Shown here one piece after another: positions 63,809 through 64,000 of a stretch of DNA of 64,000 bases (position 1 is its first letter; each line of letters opens with the position of its first letter). The notes under the pieces are model-generated. The model was not told where the DNA came from. It ran no database searches and saw only the letters and a list, made by a program, of their open reading frames with translations. The position numbers and the translations under genes are program-made. The stretch is taken from positions 1-64,000 of the forward strand of contig JBDRFG010000025.1 in the NCBI GenBank assembly GCA_043819135.1, written 5' to 3'. This stretch comes from Candidatus Eiseniibacteriota bacterium. GTDB taxonomy: Bacteria; Joyebacterota; Joyebacteria; Joyebacterales; Joyebacteraceae.

Positions 63809-64000
63809 ATGAACCTCCTGGAGCGTCTGAACGACGACATGGTCAAGGCGGCCAAGGCTCGAGATTCCGAGCGATTGGGTGCCATAAGGTTCGTTCGTTC
63901 CCAGACGAAGAATCGTCAGATCGAACTCAAGCGCGAACTCAAGGACGAGGACGTCATCGAGGTCCTGTCGAGGATTGCGAAGCAGCACGGGGAATCGATA
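63809..64000 (+). CDS. yqeY: GatB/YqeY domain protein (3'-partial; not in ORF track)
   Basis: MNLLERLNDDMVKAAKARDSERLGAIRFV...KQHGESI; usual rpsU-yqeY synteny. Confidence 0.85.
   Translation, partial: MNLLERLNDDMVKAAKARDSERLGAIRFVRSQTKNRQIELKRELKDEDVIEVLSRIAKQHGESI

Overview
This is a 64-kb, high-GC (roughly two-thirds by eye), gene-dense bacterial chromosomal segment, almost entirely on the + strand. LptD, a Wza-like exporter, a PorX-type regulator and hrcA/CIRCE point to a diderm organism, plausibly an FCB-related or candidate-phylum lineage (inference only). Gene order: SLC13 transporter (partial) and Usp; a divergent membrane-TPR gene; an MBL hydrolase; a Wzx/Wzy-type surface-polysaccharide cluster (ugd, rmlC-like, SLBB exporter, Wzz-like, flippase, ligase/polymerase, GT2-GT4-GT4 fusion, deacetylase, methyltransferase, epimerase, WecA-like); serS; GT4; His kinase with PorX/PglZ response regulator; tsaE-tsaB-rimI-PNP; accD-folC; MalK-like ATPase; ROK kinase; extended LptD; atypical HU; nfeD-slipin; recJ-like; rsmI; CDP-alcohol phosphotransferase with ino1; tmk; ctpA; dusB; LysM-TPR; two ECF ATPases; pyrR; TPR lipoprotein; glmM-glmS; a selenium cassette; lepB; CIRCE-hrcA-grpE-dnaK-dnaJ-rsmE; rpsU; yqeY (partial). 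In the selenium cassette, selD has an in-frame UGA plus SECIS that the ORF track missed, and it is followed by tRNA-Sec and a THUMP-less PP-loop thiouridylase-like gene. No mobile element or CRISPR array was seen. The best leads are the selD(Sec)-selC-thiouridylase unit, a degenerate UbiA-TPR membrane protein, an LptA-like/LptD fusion, an HU lacking GRNP, a 16-bp-period TGTGA array, a structured rpsU leader, probable leaderless mRNAs and an inositol-lipid gene pair. All family calls come from motif recognition by eye, with no database searches.
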